Assembly: GCA_964411375.1 (NCBI GenBank)
Contig: CAYPKR010000001.1
Location: 168,227-232,226 of the forward strand
Length of the DNA: 64,000 nucleotides
Reading direction: 5' to 3'
DNA from: an uncultured Candidatus Saccharibacteria bacterium
Lineage (GTDB): Bacteria > Patescibacteriota > Minisyncoccia > Phycocordibacterales > UBA12088
The notes below the pieces were generated by a model. It saw only the letters and a list, made by a program, of their open reading frames with translations, was not told where the DNA came from and did not search any database. Position 1 is the stretch's first letter; each line of letters opens with the position of its first letter. The translations under genes and the position numbers were made by a program. Below, in pieces: positions 38,087-48,231 of this stretch.

Positions 38087-38431
38087 TTATGCAACTTGTT
38101 TTACGATTCGAGCAAATGTTTCTGGATGTTTTGCGGCGATTTCTGAAAGTACCTTTCGGTCGAGGAGGACATTTTTCTTTTTGAGAGCACCGATGAATTT
38201 GCTGTAGGTCGTACCGTTTTCGCGAAGTGCTGCGTTTAGGCGAACATTCCAAAGTTTGCGGAAATCATTCTTCTTGTCGCGGCGGTGTGCGAATGCGTGC
38301 GTTCCTGCATGTGCAATCGCTGTTTTTGCAAGACGCTTCTTTGTGGAAAGTCCACCACGGAAACCTTTCGTCTTCGAAAGAATATTGCGGCGGCGCTTCA
38401 AGCGTATTGTTCCTTTTTTTACTCGAGTCAT
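38087..38431 (-). CDS. rplT: 50S ribosomal protein L20
   Basis: MTRVKKGTIRLKRRRNILSKTKGFRG. Canonical bL20. Confidence 0.92.
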   Translation of the reverse strand: MTRVKKGTIRLKRRRNILSKTKGFRGGLSTKKRLAKTAIAHAGTHAFAHRRDKKNDFRKLWNVRLNAALRENGTTYSKFIGALKKKNVLLDRKVLSEIAAKHPETFARIVKQVA

Positions 38432-38447
38432 AGTGCTTTCTTACGGA

Positions 38448-38636
38448 TTATTTAGAGCGGGGAAGGAACTGGCGGCGGTCTCGTGCGTTCATAGAAATCG
38501 AATGGGCACGTCCCTTTGAGCGCTTAGAAGAGCCAGATTCTTTGGCATTGAAATGGTTAATACCGACTCCTCGGGAGACGATTTTACCGTTCTTGGTCAC
38601 CCGAAGGCGCTTGGTGAAGGATTTGTTGGTTTTCAT
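38448..38636 (-). CDS. rpmI: 50S ribosomal protein L35
   Basis: MKTNKSFTKRLRVTKNGKIVSR bL35. Start set at the internal Met. Confidence 0.85.
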   Translation of the reverse strand: MKTNKSFTKRLRVTKNGKIVSRGVGINHFNAKESGSSKRSKGRAHSISMNARDRRQFLPRSK

Positions 38637-38707
38637 AGGTTTAAAAAAAGACGCCCTGAGGCAAGAGCTACTATACGGAAAAGCCCCCGTTTTGTCCACT
38701 TTTTCGG

Positions 38708-39226
38708 CTATTTCCCTGGACGAGCCTTTTCAACCGTAACTGAGAGTCCCTTTGGGCTCTTTTTGACCTCGTCCGCTACCTTATATTCAACAGAAATAAG
38801 CTTGAGGAAGCGCTCTAAGCGCTCCTTGAGGAACTCAAACTCCATATATTTGTATCTACCCCAGAGGAAGAGGTCGACTTTGACGCGATGACCTTGTCCC
38901 AACCATTCGCTTGCTCGCTTTGCCTTGAGATTGAGGTCATTCTCACCGGTACCGATTTTGACCTGTACACTCTTCGTTTCGGTTACATGCGCCTTAGCCT
39001 TTTGTTCCTTTTGCTTCTTACTTTCCTGATATTGGTACTTTCCGTAATCCATTATCTTCGCAACGGGGGGGACTGCATTTGGAGAAATCTCAATAAGGTC
39101 GAGTTCCGCAGCCTTTGCATGCTGAAGAGCTTCCTCGAGCGTGATTATGCCGAAGTTTTCTCCAGACGCGCCGATGACGCGAAGTTCGCGTGCGCGTATA
39201 TTCTTGTTGATACGAACGTCACTCAA
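38708..39226 (-). CDS. infC: translation initiation factor IF-3 (non-ATG start, apparently TTG, with a GGAGG SD)
   Basis: IRARELRVIGASGENFGII...AELDLIEISPNA..PVAKIMDYGKY. Canonical IF-3. Confidence 0.9.
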   Translation of the reverse strand: MSDVRINKNIRARELRVIGASGENFGIITLEEALQHAKAAELDLIEISPNAVPPVAKIMDYGKYQYQESKKQKEQKAKAHVTETKSVQVKIGTGENDLNLKAKRASEWLGQGHRVKVDLFLWGRYKYMEFEFLKERLERFLKLISVEYKVADEVKKSPKGLSVTVEKARPGK

Positions 39227-39298
39227 TGTAGTCCTCCGAATGTATCACGAAAAAAGACGAAATACCAGAGCTAGAGAGGGCTTCATATTTGTGATAGA

Positions 39299-41278
39299 GT
39301 GCAATTCATGGCGTTATTGAATCCAGATACCAAAGACAAAGAAAAATCGAAGGGCGGAAAGCCGCGCGGTCCGTTTGGCAATATGCCGTCCGGCGGTCAA
39401 TTTTGGACGAACCTCATTTCGACCTTGATCATTTTTCTCATTCTTACGACACTCTTTTCATATTTTGCCGGAGTAGGAAGCGAGAATAAGGAAATCCCAA
39501 TTTCCCAGGTTGCTGCAGATGTGGCGGCAGGAAATGTTTCCACGATCGATGTCGAAGGGGAAGCGCTCACGATTACCTACAAAGACGGTACCGAAAAAAC
39601 CTCGAAGAAAGAAGGGACGACCGCGCTCTCGGCAACACTTTCAAATTACGGCGTGAAGGCAGAGGATCTCGCAAAGGTAGCAATTCAAGTTAAAGGCGAA
39701 GGCGGTTTCCGTTTTTGGTTTGTGACGCTCGCACCATTCATCATTCCCCTCATTTTTATTCTCGTTCTTGTGTGGTTCCTCACTCGCCAAGTACGAGGAG
39801 CTGGCATGCAAGCCTTTACCTTCGGACAGTCGAAGGCACGCATGATTGATCCAAAAGATAAAAGTCAGCGCGTTACATTTGCTGATGTTGCAGGTGCAAA
39901 AGAAGCAAAAGAAGAACTCCTCGAAATTGTTGATTTCCTCAAAAATCCAAAAAAGTTTTTGGAAATCGGCGCGCGAATTCCAAAAGGAATTATTTTGATG
40001 GGCGCTCCGGGAACAGGAAAGACGTTGCTTGCGCGTGCGGTTGCAGGGGAGGCGGGCGTACCATTCTTTTCGATCTCGGGTTCTGAATTCGTTGAAATGT
40101 TCGTTGGTGTCGGAGCAAGCCGCGTTCGCGATCTTTTCCAGATGGCAAAACAAGCCGCACCTGCAATTATCTTCGTTGATGAAATTGACGCAGTCGGACG
40201 CGTGCGTGGCACTGGCGTTGGTGGCGGAAACGATGAGCGCGAACAAACATTGAACCAGATTCTCGTTGAGATGGATGGTTTTGAACCGAATGAGAAAGTC
40301 ATCGTCATGGCTGCAACCAATCGTCCTGATGTACTCGATCCTGCACTGCTTCGTCCGGGTCGCTTTGACCGTCGAGTAACGATCGATCTTCCTGATCGCA
40401 AAGATCGCGAAGAAATTTTAAATGTACATGCACGCAAAAAGCCGCTTGCTGAAGACGTCAATCTTTCGGTCATCGCCGAACGCACTCCCGGATTCTCGGG
40501 CGCTGACCTGTATTCTCTGATGAATGAAGGCGCGATTCTTGCTGCGCGGGAAAATCGGAAGAAAGTTTCGCAGTTCGATCTGATTCGTTCGATTGAAAAA
40601 GTCATGCTCGGCCCTGAACGCAAGAGCCACATTCTCTCGAAGCGCGAAAAAGAAATCACCGCATATCACGAAGCAGGACACGCGCTTGTTGCGTCGGTCT
40701 TGCCCCACGCTGATCCAGTGCATAAGATTTCGATCATTTCCCGCGGACGCGCAGCAGGCTATACGCTGAAGCTTCCGTTTGAAGATAGAAAGATGCAATC
40801 GAAGAGCGAGTTTCTTGATGACATCGCAATGTCACTCGGCGGCTACGCGGCAGAAAGACTTATATTTGGCGACTTCACTACGGGCGCATCGAATGATATT
40901 CAGGTGTTGACCGCGCTCGCGCGCAATATGGTGACGCGTTGGGGAATGTCGGACAAAATCGGACCGATCGCTCTTGAAGGGGATGGTCGCACGATGACGA
41001 TGGCAGGTTTCTCTGAAAAAGAATATTCACAAAAAATGTCTGCCGAAATTGATGCCGAAGTTTCCGACATCATTACCAAGGCGTACGAAAAAGCGAATCA
41101 TGCAATAACGAAGTATCGTCCTGTTCTCGAGGCGATCGCAAAGCGTCTCATCGAAGTCGAAACAATCGAGCGTGACGAGTTTGAAAAAATACTTATTGCA
41201 AACGGTATCCAGCTAAAAAAGCAGGAATCGTATGGTTCAAACGAAGGAATGACGATTACGGATTCGGTGTCTTCGTAA
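39299..41278 (+). CDS. ftsH: ATP-dependent zinc metalloprotease FtsH
   Basis: Two N-terminal TM helices, AAA+ Walker [14 protein letters not shown], the second region of homology, and the HEAGHAL zinc site. Confidence 0.95.
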   Translation: MQFMALLNPDTKDKEKSKGGKPRGPFGNMPSGGQFWTNLISTLIIFLILTTLFSYFAGVGSENKEIPISQVAADVAAGNVSTIDVEGEALTITYKDGTEKTSKKEGTTALSATLSNYGVKAEDLAKVAIQVKGEGGFRFWFVTLAPFIIPLIFILVLVWFLTRQVRGAGMQAFTFGQSKARMIDPKDKSQRVTFADVAGAKEAKEELLEIVDFLKNPKKFLEIGARIPKGIILMGAPGTGKTLLARAVAGEAGVPFFSISGSEFVEMFVGVGASRVRDLFQMAKQAAPAIIFVDEIDAVGRVRGTGVGGGNDEREQTLNQILVEMDGFEPNEKVIVMAATNRPDVLDPALLRPGRFDRRVTIDLPDRKDREEILNVHARKKPLAEDVNLSVIAERTPGFSGADLYSLMNEGAILAARENRKKVSQFDLIRSIEKVMLGPERKSHILSKREKEITAYHEAGHALVASVLPHADPVHKISIISRGRAAGYTLKLPFEDRKMQSKSEFLDDIAMSLGGYAAERLIFGDFTTGASNDIQVLTALARNMVTRWGMSDKIGPIALEGDGRTMTMAGFSEKEYSQKMSAEIDAEVSDIITKAYEKANHAITKYRPVLEAIAKRLIEVETIERDEFEKILIANGIQLKKQESYGSNEGMTITDSVSS

Positions 41279-41291
41279 TCTCAAATTTCCA

Positions 41292-41333
41292 CCCAAATGA
41301 AAAACCTGCATTGCTGTAGGTTTTTCATTTGGG
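41292..41333. terminator. 16-bp perfect-stem terminator between ftsH and the tRNA
   Basis: cccaaatgaaaaacct-gcattgctgt-aggtttttcatttggg. Confidence 0.55.
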
Positions 41334-41407
41334 TGGGCGCGCCTGGACTCGAACCAGGGACCGCAAAGGTATAAGCTTTGTGCTCTAACCAACTGAGCTA
41401 CACGCCC
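41334..41407 (-). tRNA. tRNA-Ile with anticodon UAU
   Basis: Folded by hand as GGGCGTG-TA-GCTC-AGTTGGTTA-GAGC-A-CAAAG-CTTATAC-CTTTG-CGGTC-CCTGG-TTCGAGT-CCAGG-CGCGCCC-A. The 7-nt anticodon loop has U33, anticodon TAT and A37. CCA is not encoded. Confidence 0.65.
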
Positions 41408-41501
41408 GCTCGTATCAGCGCACTATAGCGCAAAGCGTGATTTTGTTCGAGTTCAAAGAAAAATTTCTTTAAAAACTCTCGATCTAGGCTATAGTGTAAC
41501 A

Positions 41502-42569
41502 ATGCATAAACGATTATTGATACTTGCCGGCATAAGCGGGCTCGGCAGCCTCATTCTCATTGGGGCTTTTGTCGTTCCGAGCAGCGCCGTTACATATCCT
41601 TCAGTTACACAGGTTGCTGAAGTGAAAGAATCAACTCCTAAGGCTCCCACACTCGATAAGCATGCGTACGACGCAAAGCTTCTTGAAATTGCGCACGTTA
41701 AGGTTTCCGCGAGTTCAACAGTCGAAGAGACCATCGCATCGTCAAGCTTGCGCTGGCCTACCAAAGATCCGTATCCGAATGTCGGCGCACTCCTGCCGTT
41801 TAATCGGATCGTCGCCTATTACGGCAATTATTTTTCTAAAGGCATGGGAATCCTCGGCGAATATCCGGAGGATCAAATGCTTCAAAAACTCAAAGCGGCA
41901 GTTGCCGAGTGGAAGGCGGCGGATCCTTCAACTCCAGTCATTCCAGCCATTCACTATATTGCGGTTACCGCGCAAGCCAGTGCGGGTGCCGACGGCAAAT
42001 ACCGCCTTCGGATGCCCGATACGGAGATCGACAAATCAATCGAACTTGCAAAAAAAGTAGACGGCATCGTGTTTATTGATATTCAGCTCGGGCATAGCAA
42101 CCTTGAGTCAGAACTTCCGCTCATCAAGACATATCTCGAAATGCCGAATGTGCATCTCGGTATTGATCCGGAATTTGCGATGCATCAAGGGCGAAAGCCA
42201 GGCACATATATCGGAGAACTTGATGCCTCTGATATCAATTACGCAATTAACTACCTCTCCGATATTGTAAAAGAAAAAAATATTCCACCGAAAATCCTCA
42301 TCGTGCATCGGTTTACCGAAGAAATGGTGACCGGCTACCGAAAAATACAACCGACTCCTGAAGTGCAGGTCGTCATGAACATGGACGGCTGGGGTGATCC
42401 GGCAAAAAAGATGGGTACCTATCAGCGTGTTATCACTGAAGAGCCGGTACAATTTAGCGGATTTAAGCTGTTCTACAAAAACGATTTGCGTCCGCCAAGT
42501 ATGCGACTCCTCAGTCCTTCCGAGATCTTGAAACTCACTCCCGCTCCAGTCTACATTCAGTATCAATAG
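41502..42569 (+). CDS. hypothetical secreted/membrane-anchored protein, possibly a glycoside-hydrolase-like TIM-barrel fold
   Basis: N-terminal signal/TM helix. 355 aa. No confident domain assignment. Confidence 0.45.
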   Translation: MHKRLLILAGISGLGSLILIGAFVVPSSAVTYPSVTQVAEVKESTPKAPTLDKHAYDAKLLEIAHVKVSASSTVEETIASSSLRWPTKDPYPNVGALLPFNRIVAYYGNYFSKGMGILGEYPEDQMLQKLKAAVAEWKAADPSTPVIPAIHYIAVTAQASAGADGKYRLRMPDTEIDKSIELAKKVDGIVFIDIQLGHSNLESELPLIKTYLEMPNVHLGIDPEFAMHQGRKPGTYIGELDASDINYAINYLSDIVKEKNIPPKILIVHRFTEEMVTGYRKIQPTPEVQVVMNMDGWGDPAKKMGTYQRVITEEPVQFSGFKLFYKNDLRPPSMRLLSPSEILKLTPAPVYIQYQ

Positions 42570-42774
42570 CAAGATTTCTTGATTTTTTCATGCACGTTCA
42601 TGAAAACTCCCCAAAGCATTTTGTGATGGAGTAAGCTTAGTTATCCCCAATCGTCTCCAAAAACAGATGGAGAGCAGTTTAGAGTCAACTTATACTGCAA
42701 GTAATTCCTTCCCCCGATTCTCCATAGTGACATAATTTCACGACGAGGAATGTTACTAATTAATTTTTGCAACT

Positions 42775-44826
42775 ATGCAAAAACAAAAACTGGGTACACT
42801 GGGATTCAGTGTGGGTGCTGGCGCTTTTTTGCTTGTTTCACTTATCCTACCGATTGCAGCTTCGGCAAATTCGGGGCATGACGATAGCGATTTTGGTCGA
42901 TCAAACTTTTCTGCGTCTCACCTAGGAGATCAGATACGCGATTTGGTAAGGCATAAGATCGACGATAAGAAAAAAGATATTTGTGATCGGTTTGAAAATC
43001 GATTTCATTCGCGTTTTCCGTGGGCAAAAGGTCCATCATTCTGTCGGGATGGTAACGGAGGAAACGGTGGCAATCAGAATGCACCTGATGTTTCCATAAC
43101 CGCAGATCCAATGGTAGTGACCGCTGGCGGAAGCTCGCTTCTTAGCTGGGATTCGGATAACGCAACATCGTGTACTGCTTCTGGCGGATGGAGCGGAACA
43201 AAATCACTCTCCGGTTCACAATCAGTCACGGTGAACGCAACGACGACGTATTCGCTCTCATGTAAAAACGCAAAGGGAACAACTACTGAATCAGTCACCG
43301 TGAATGTGATTCCAGTGGTGGTTCCACCTCCTCCAGCTCCGACCGTCACATTGAACGCTTCACCTCTCACGGTACAAGTCAGTGCGACTTCGACAATTAC
43401 ATGGAGTTCAACCAATGCAAATGCCTGTGTGGCTTCAAATGGTTGGAGTGGTTCAAAAGCAACATCGGGTAATCAAGTCGTTACTGTAAACGCAACGACA
43501 ACGTATACACTTGCCTGTGGAAACGGAATGGCGACCGACACGAAATCGGTTACCGTAAACGCGACACCGGTGCCGGTTATTCCGCTTCCAACTCCAACGG
43601 TTGAAATTACCGCAGATCCTGATCATGTTGCTTCCGGTGGCGCATCCATACTTGCGTGGAACTCTACAAATGCGACCGCGTGTGAAGCATCAAACGGCTG
43701 GAGTGGCGCAAAATCGCTTTCAGGCAACACTGTTGTTAATCCAACTGCAACCACTACCTACACACTTACTTGTGGGAATGGTCAGTCGACATCAACTGAT
43801 TCAGTAACGATCGCAGTGTACCCAATGCCGACTCTGACACTTTCAGCGTTGCCGCTTCAAATTCTTGCTGGCGCAACCTCTACACTGAGTTGGAATTCTG
43901 AATTCACTACGTCGTGTACTGCCTCAGATGGATGGAGTGGAGCACAAAATCTTTCGGGAAATCTTATCGTGGCACCAAACGCAACAACCACGTATACGCT
44001 TTCGTGTAGTGGACTCGGTGGAATTATTATGGCAAGTACGACTATTGAGGTAACACCAAATTCATCTCCAACGCCAGAACCAACACTTACCTTTACTGGT
44101 AATCCACTCGCAATAACCGCAGGCGCAACATCCACGCTTACGTGGAGCACTACTGATGCGACGCTTTGTACTGCATCAAACGGATGGAGTGGCTCAAAAG
44201 CAATCTCAGGAAATGAAATTGTCTCGCCAAATGCAACAACGACCTACCATCTCTCATGTAGCGGTGCGGGCGGTGCAACGTCGAGTGACTTTACAATCGG
44301 CGTCACGCCGGTTGTTCAACCTCCACAAAATATTGGACATGTGGTCATGAGCGAAGTCTATTACGATGTTGGAGCAGGGAAGGGATCAGAACCGGGCAAT
44401 GAATGGGTAGAACTCTTCAACGGATCACTCGCACCAGTAGATTTGAATGGATGGAAACTCCAAGATGAAAGCGGATCATTTGATGCGATCGCAACATCTT
44501 CCCTCATCCTCGCACCGAATGCATATCTCTTGATTACTTCTTCCTCAACAACATCGGGATTTTGGAGCATTCCGTCACAAATTGTTGTATTTCCAAGTCC
44601 AATTGGAAATGCACTCGGAAATACGGTTGATTCGCTCACTCTCATGAATGCAGCATCAACCACCATTGATGTGGTCTCATGGGGAACCGCAACAACCACA
44701 ACACTGATGATTCCGACTGTTCCAGGAGTTATAGCTGGTCATTCAATCGGCCGAGTCCAATTCACTGCCGACACGGATACCAATGCTGACTGGGGAAACT
44801 TTACGACCCCAACGCCTGGGCAGTAG
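42775..44826 (+). CDS. surface protein with five tandem Ig-like repeats and a C-terminal lamin-tail domain (LTD)
   Basis: Signal peptide. Five repeats of about 88 aa, each with a conserved Cys pair (W.S.NAT.C.AS.GWSG.K..SG...V.....TTTY.L.C). C-terminal SEVYYD...NEWVELFN...VDLNGWKLQDESGS is an LTD signature. Confidence 0.6.
   Translation: MQKQKLGTLGFSVGAGAFLLVSLILPIAASANSGHDDSDFGRSNFSASHLGDQIRDLVRHKIDDKKKDICDRFENRFHSRFPWAKGPSFCRDGNGGNGGNQNAPDVSITADPMVVTAGGSSLLSWDSDNATSCTASGGWSGTKSLSGSQSVTVNATTTYSLSCKNAKGTTTESVTVNVIPVVVPPPPAPTVTLNASPLTVQVSATSTITWSSTNANACVASNGWSGSKATSGNQVVTVNATTTYTLACGNGMATDTKSVTVNATPVPVIPLPTPTVEITADPDHVASGGASILAWNSTNATACEASNGWSGAKSLSGNTVVNPTATTTYTLTCGNGQSTSTDSVTIAVYPMPTLTLSALPLQILAGATSTLSWNSEFTTSCTASDGWSGAQNLSGNLIVAPNATTTYTLSCSGLGGIIMASTTIEVTPNSSPTPEPTLTFTGNPLAITAGATSTLTWSTTDATLCTASNGWSGSKAISGNEIVSPNATTTYHLSCSGAGGATSSDFTIGVTPVVQPPQNIGHVVMSEVYYDVGAGKGSEPGNEWVELFNGSLAPVDLNGWKLQDESGSFDAIATSSLILAPNAYLLITSSSTTSGFWSIPSQIVVFPSPIGNALGNTVDSLTLMNAASTTIDVVSWGTATTTTLMIPTVPGVIAGHSIGRVQFTADTDTNADWGNFTTPTPGQ
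43084..44335 (+). repeat. in-frame tandem coding repeats (5 units of about 265 bp) inside the LTD protein gene
   Basis: Repeat units are visible at the protein level. The nucleotide units are divergent but recognisable. Confidence 0.55.
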
Positions 44827-44849
44827 TCGAATAATTACAAATTAAGACC

Positions 44850-44881
44850 ACAACAATCTCCGTGTTTGCGGAGATTGTTGT
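44850..44881. terminator. bidirectional terminator between the LTD gene and recG
   Basis: acaacaatctccg-tgtttg-cggagattgttgt. Confidence 0.6.
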
Positions 44882-47049
44882 TATTCAAAATGAATGCCCC
44901 CGGATTTTTCAAGTGCAAGATCAAGAAGTCCTGGATACTTTGAGAGGGTAATGTCTTCAGTAATGAGACGCGTTGCTTCAGTTCGAGCCGCTTCAACCAT
45001 TTTTAAATTTTTGAGTGCTTCCATAGCGAGATCAGAAATTCCGCTTTGCGCTCTTCCAGAAAGTTCCCCAGCCCCTCGAAGTGCAAGATCATACTCAGCA
45101 AGTTCGAATCCATTTTTTGCAGTTTTGAGTGCATTCAAGCGATCTGCCGTTTTCTTTCCGCCCGATTCGGTGAGGAGAAAACAATACGCTTGATGATTTG
45201 AACGAATAACGCGCCCGCGGAGTTGATGCAGTTGGGAGAGTCCGTATCGTTCGGCACCTTCAATCAAAATTACCGTTGCGTTTGCAACTGATACCCCAAC
45301 TTCCACGACTGATGTCGCAACCAAAATATCTGTCTTGCCACTTGCAAATTTTTCCATCACTTTCTCTTTTTCATTTGGCGTCATTTTGCCGTGAAGAATT
45401 TCAATTGAAAACTCTGGGAAAATGTTTTTCTTCAAATGTTTTGCTTCCGCTCCGACTGATTTTGCCATGAGCGCCATTTCTTTAGTTGGATCGGGCTCGT
45501 CGATCCGTGGGCATATCACATACGCCTGACGTCCGGCTTGTATTTCACTCCGAACCTTTTCATACATTTCATTCCGCTTGTCTGGCGGAGTGATGTCGGT
45601 TATGACCGGCAAACGACCCTTTGGCATTTGATCGAGAATAGTTAGATCGAGGTCGCCGTAGATTGTGAGCGCAAGTGTGCGGGGGATAGGGGTTGCGGTC
45701 ATTGAGAGAAGGTGTGGGGCAATATTATCTTTCCGCGTTAGTTTCTGTCGTTGCGCAGTTCCAAAGCGATGTTGTTCGTCGATTACGACATACGCAAGAT
45801 TTTTGAAACTCACTGATTTGTAGATCAGGGCATGTGTGCCGATGAGAATAGGTATTTCGCCATTTGCTACCCACTTGAGTAGTTGCGTGCGCGATATGTC
45901 AGTGGCTTCCTTTGGATTACTCTTCGAGGGAAATTTTTTGCAGCCAGAGCCGGTGATGAGTCCGATTTGGATAGGCAGATGTTCAAAATATTTGATAAAT
46001 GATTCAAAATGTTGTTTTGCAAGAATTTCGGTCGGGCACATGTACGCGACTTGGAGATTTCCAAAATCTTTTGCCACACCTTTCACTTCCGGTCTTGTCG
46101 TGACTGCGGAGTAGACGGTTGCCGCTGCAACGGCAGTTTTTCCACTCCCAACATCGCCTTCGAGAAGCCTCGCCATCGGAAACTTGGTTTCAAAGTCAGA
46201 ATAGATCGTTTCAATCGCGTGTTTTTGCGCCTCGGTTGGCTCAAAGGGAAATCGCTCCATAAATTTTTTCGCTTCAGTACGGTTCACTCGGATTGGAAGC
46301 GAAGGAAGGGCACGGTAGAGAGTGCGGTCGCGTACTTTGGCGAGCTGAATCAAAAATATTTCTTCAAACGAAAATCGCTTTCGTGCAGAAACTGAATGTT
46401 CTTCAGTATGCGGAGAGTGAAGCCATACGAGTCCGGTAGTGAGAGAGGGGAGATTATATTTTTTTAAAATCTCATGAGGAATTGGATCAGTAAGCTCCTC
46501 GAGTATGCCACTCCCGAGCACTTTCCTAATCGCGTGGCGAAACCACTGCGAAGTGATGCCGCGACTTTCCGGATACACCGGGTACAAGGTCTCGCCACCT
46601 TTCTCCTTTGCAAACAGTGAGTCATGCGAATCAATCGGAAGCTCTCCAACGGTTTCGATTTCAGGATTTGCAAGATAGATACCTTTTTCGTTTCCTGAAA
46701 CCTTGCCACCGAGCTTTACGTATGCGCCGTCGTGGAGAAGTTTTGCGATAAATGGTTGATGGAACCACATTACTTTCATCGAACCGGTCGTATCTTCGAT
46801 TACGCCTTCCGAAATTGCTGTCCGACTTTTCCATGTCTTCCGAATATTGAGGTTTGAAATTTTACCGTATACAACCGCGTCATCTCCCGCTTGGAGGGAT
46901 TTGATCGTCTTTATTTCAGCAATATTGTCGTAGCGAGAAGGAAAGTGATAGAGAAGATTGCGCACGGTAGCGATTCCCAATTTTTTGAGCGCTGATTTTT
47001 GCGGCGCAGTGAGGCGGAAGTGTTTTTCGACCAGATCGGTTGGATGCAT
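44881..47049 (-). CDS. recG: ATP-dependent DNA helicase RecG
   Basis: N-terminal wedge domain, helicase motif I DVGSGKT, and DEAH-like motifs. 722 aa. Confidence 0.9.
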   Translation of the reverse strand: MHPTDLVEKHFRLTAPQKSALKKLGIATVRNLLYHFPSRYDNIAEIKTIKSLQAGDDAVVYGKISNLNIRKTWKSRTAISEGVIEDTTGSMKVMWFHQPFIAKLLHDGAYVKLGGKVSGNEKGIYLANPEIETVGELPIDSHDSLFAKEKGGETLYPVYPESRGITSQWFRHAIRKVLGSGILEELTDPIPHEILKKYNLPSLTTGLVWLHSPHTEEHSVSARKRFSFEEIFLIQLAKVRDRTLYRALPSLPIRVNRTEAKKFMERFPFEPTEAQKHAIETIYSDFETKFPMARLLEGDVGSGKTAVAAATVYSAVTTRPEVKGVAKDFGNLQVAYMCPTEILAKQHFESFIKYFEHLPIQIGLITGSGCKKFPSKSNPKEATDISRTQLLKWVANGEIPILIGTHALIYKSVSFKNLAYVVIDEQHRFGTAQRQKLTRKDNIAPHLLSMTATPIPRTLALTIYGDLDLTILDQMPKGRLPVITDITPPDKRNEMYEKVRSEIQAGRQAYVICPRIDEPDPTKEMALMAKSVGAEAKHLKKNIFPEFSIEILHGKMTPNEKEKVMEKFASGKTDILVATSVVEVGVSVANATVILIEGAERYGLSQLHQLRGRVIRSNHQAYCFLLTESGGKKTADRLNALKTAKNGFELAEYDLALRGAGELSGRAQSGISDLAMEALKNLKMVEAARTEATRLITEDITLSKYPGLLDLALEKSGGIHFE

Positions 47050-47066
47050 ACGGGTAGCATAGCAAA

Positions 47067-47104
47067 AAGGATCCGGCGCGGGCAGAAGCCCGCGCCGGAT
47101 CCTT
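47067..47104 (-). terminator. terminator downstream of the 47116 gene
   Basis: aaggatccggcgcgggc-agaa-gcccgcgccggatcctt, a 17-bp stem. Confidence 0.55.
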
Positions 47105-47115
47105 CTTCCGATCCC

Positions 47116-47514
47116 TTATTCCGGTACGACAATTACTCCACCATCCTCATCCTTGAGATGGTTATGATAATGCCATGTTCCAGGAAGGTCGATAGTGAAG
47201 CTCCATGACTCTCCTGGTGCAATTTCTCTGCACGTATCAAAGCGGCTGTTTGAGCAATCGCCTGGCTCGTGCTCCGGGTATTCGTCATGAATAGGGTGAT
47301 GACCAGAGCCGATCCACATTCCAACTGAGCTTTTATTTACCCAGGTGACTGTTGCACCCTTGGAGATTGTGGTCGTTGCAGGGTAAAAACCTGTATCGGT
47401 ATAGGCGACAGTTGCGGGAGCCGGACCTTTTCCTGCAAAGAGAGCGTGTGCTCCAAAATAGCCAACCGAACCAACAATACAACCGAGCAAGAGCGAAATG
47501 AAGAATGCTTTCAT
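47116..47514 (-). CDS. secreted putative metal (copper)-binding protein, cupredoxin-like or YHYH-motif family
   Basis: Signal/TM N-terminus. GSGHHPIH...DC...C...WHYHNH His/Cys cluster inside a beta-rich region. Confidence 0.4.
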   Translation of the reverse strand: MKAFFISLLLGCIVGSVGYFGAHALFAGKGPAPATVAYTDTGFYPATTTISKGATVTWVNKSSVGMWIGSGHHPIHDEYPEHEPGDCSNSRFDTCREIAPGESWSFTIDLPGTWHYHNHLKDEDGGVIVVPE

Positions 47515-47572
47515 ACCGTAGCGTTTCTGATATCTCTAATATGTGGGGCAGTATTGCATTTTTTCCCTATTC

Positions 47573-47584
47573 GGACAATTGTCC
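47573..47584. promoter_or_regulatory. perfect 12-bp palindrome GGACAATTGTCC in a divergent promoter region
   Basis: Located between the 47116 gene (minus strand) and the response-regulator gene (plus strand). Confidence 0.3.
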
Positions 47585-47620
47585 TGATCGGCAGGAGCAC
47601 GCTATACTATAAGGACATCA

Positions 47621-48016
47621 ATGGCCGACGATACTCCTCTCCCTCCAAACAAATACAGCGTTCTCATCGTTGAAGACGATATTTTTCTTGCCGATTTGGT
47701 TTGTCGAAAATTCCGCGAACGCGCTACTGTCTTTCATGCTGGTTCAACTGATCAAGCGCGCGATATTCTCTCCAAAGAGACACCCGATTTAATTTGTCTT
47801 GATATTCAACTTCCTGGTGAGGACGGCATCACTTTTCTTTCTAAAATTCGCCAAGAAGAAAAATGGAAAACTATCCCGGTTCTCATCATCTCAAACTTCA
47901 GTCAGGATGCAGATATTAAGCGTGCAAAAGATGCGGGGGCAAATGACTACGTAGTGAAAGCAAATGTTGAACTTGCGGAAATTGTCCGCAGAGGAGAAGC
48001 ACTTCTCAAAAAATAG
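47621..48016 (+). CDS. stand-alone response-regulator receiver domain (CheY-like)
   Basis: VLIVEDD...D at the phosphoacceptor position (LICLDIQLPGEDG)...K. No output domain. Confidence 0.8.
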   Translation: MADDTPLPPNKYSVLIVEDDIFLADLVCRKFRERATVFHAGSTDQARDILSKETPDLICLDIQLPGEDGITFLSKIRQEEKWKTIPVLIISNFSQDADIKRAKDAGANDYVVKANVELAEIVRRGEALLKK

Positions 48017-48118
48017 ACGCTCAGCTTCGCTGAGTGTCTATTTAGGTACGAGCGTTGAAATCCATGAATGGAAATAAAGTTCACGGTGTGGTAGCTTGTG
48101 CTTCACTGCTACACGATT

Positions 48119-48203
48119 GGAGACGTGGCTGAGTGGTCGAAAGCGCCTCACTGCTAACGAGGTAGGGTGCAAGCCCTCGCAGGTTCGAATCCTGTCGTCT
48201 CCG
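48119..48203 (+). tRNA. tRNA-Ser with anticodon GCU
   Basis: 85-nt type II tRNA: GGAGACG acceptor, long variable arm, anticodon loop CTGCTAA, T-loop GGTTCGAATCC, discriminator G. Confidence 0.75.
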
Positions 48204-48231
48204 CAAAGTAAACATTGAGAACAACTCTGAT

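Noticed and set aside
42645-42690. Possible third copy of the structured repeat, on the minus strand.
   Set aside because: Only about 25 nt (CTCTAAACTGCTCTCCATCTGTTTTTGG) match the 5' block. The rest diverges, so it is too short to call.
43084-44335. Tandem ~265-bp repeats, considered as a possible CRISPR array or non-coding satellite.
   Set aside because: The units are long, in frame, and encode Ig-like modules of one continuous 683-aa ORF. They have no short spacer/repeat periodicity.
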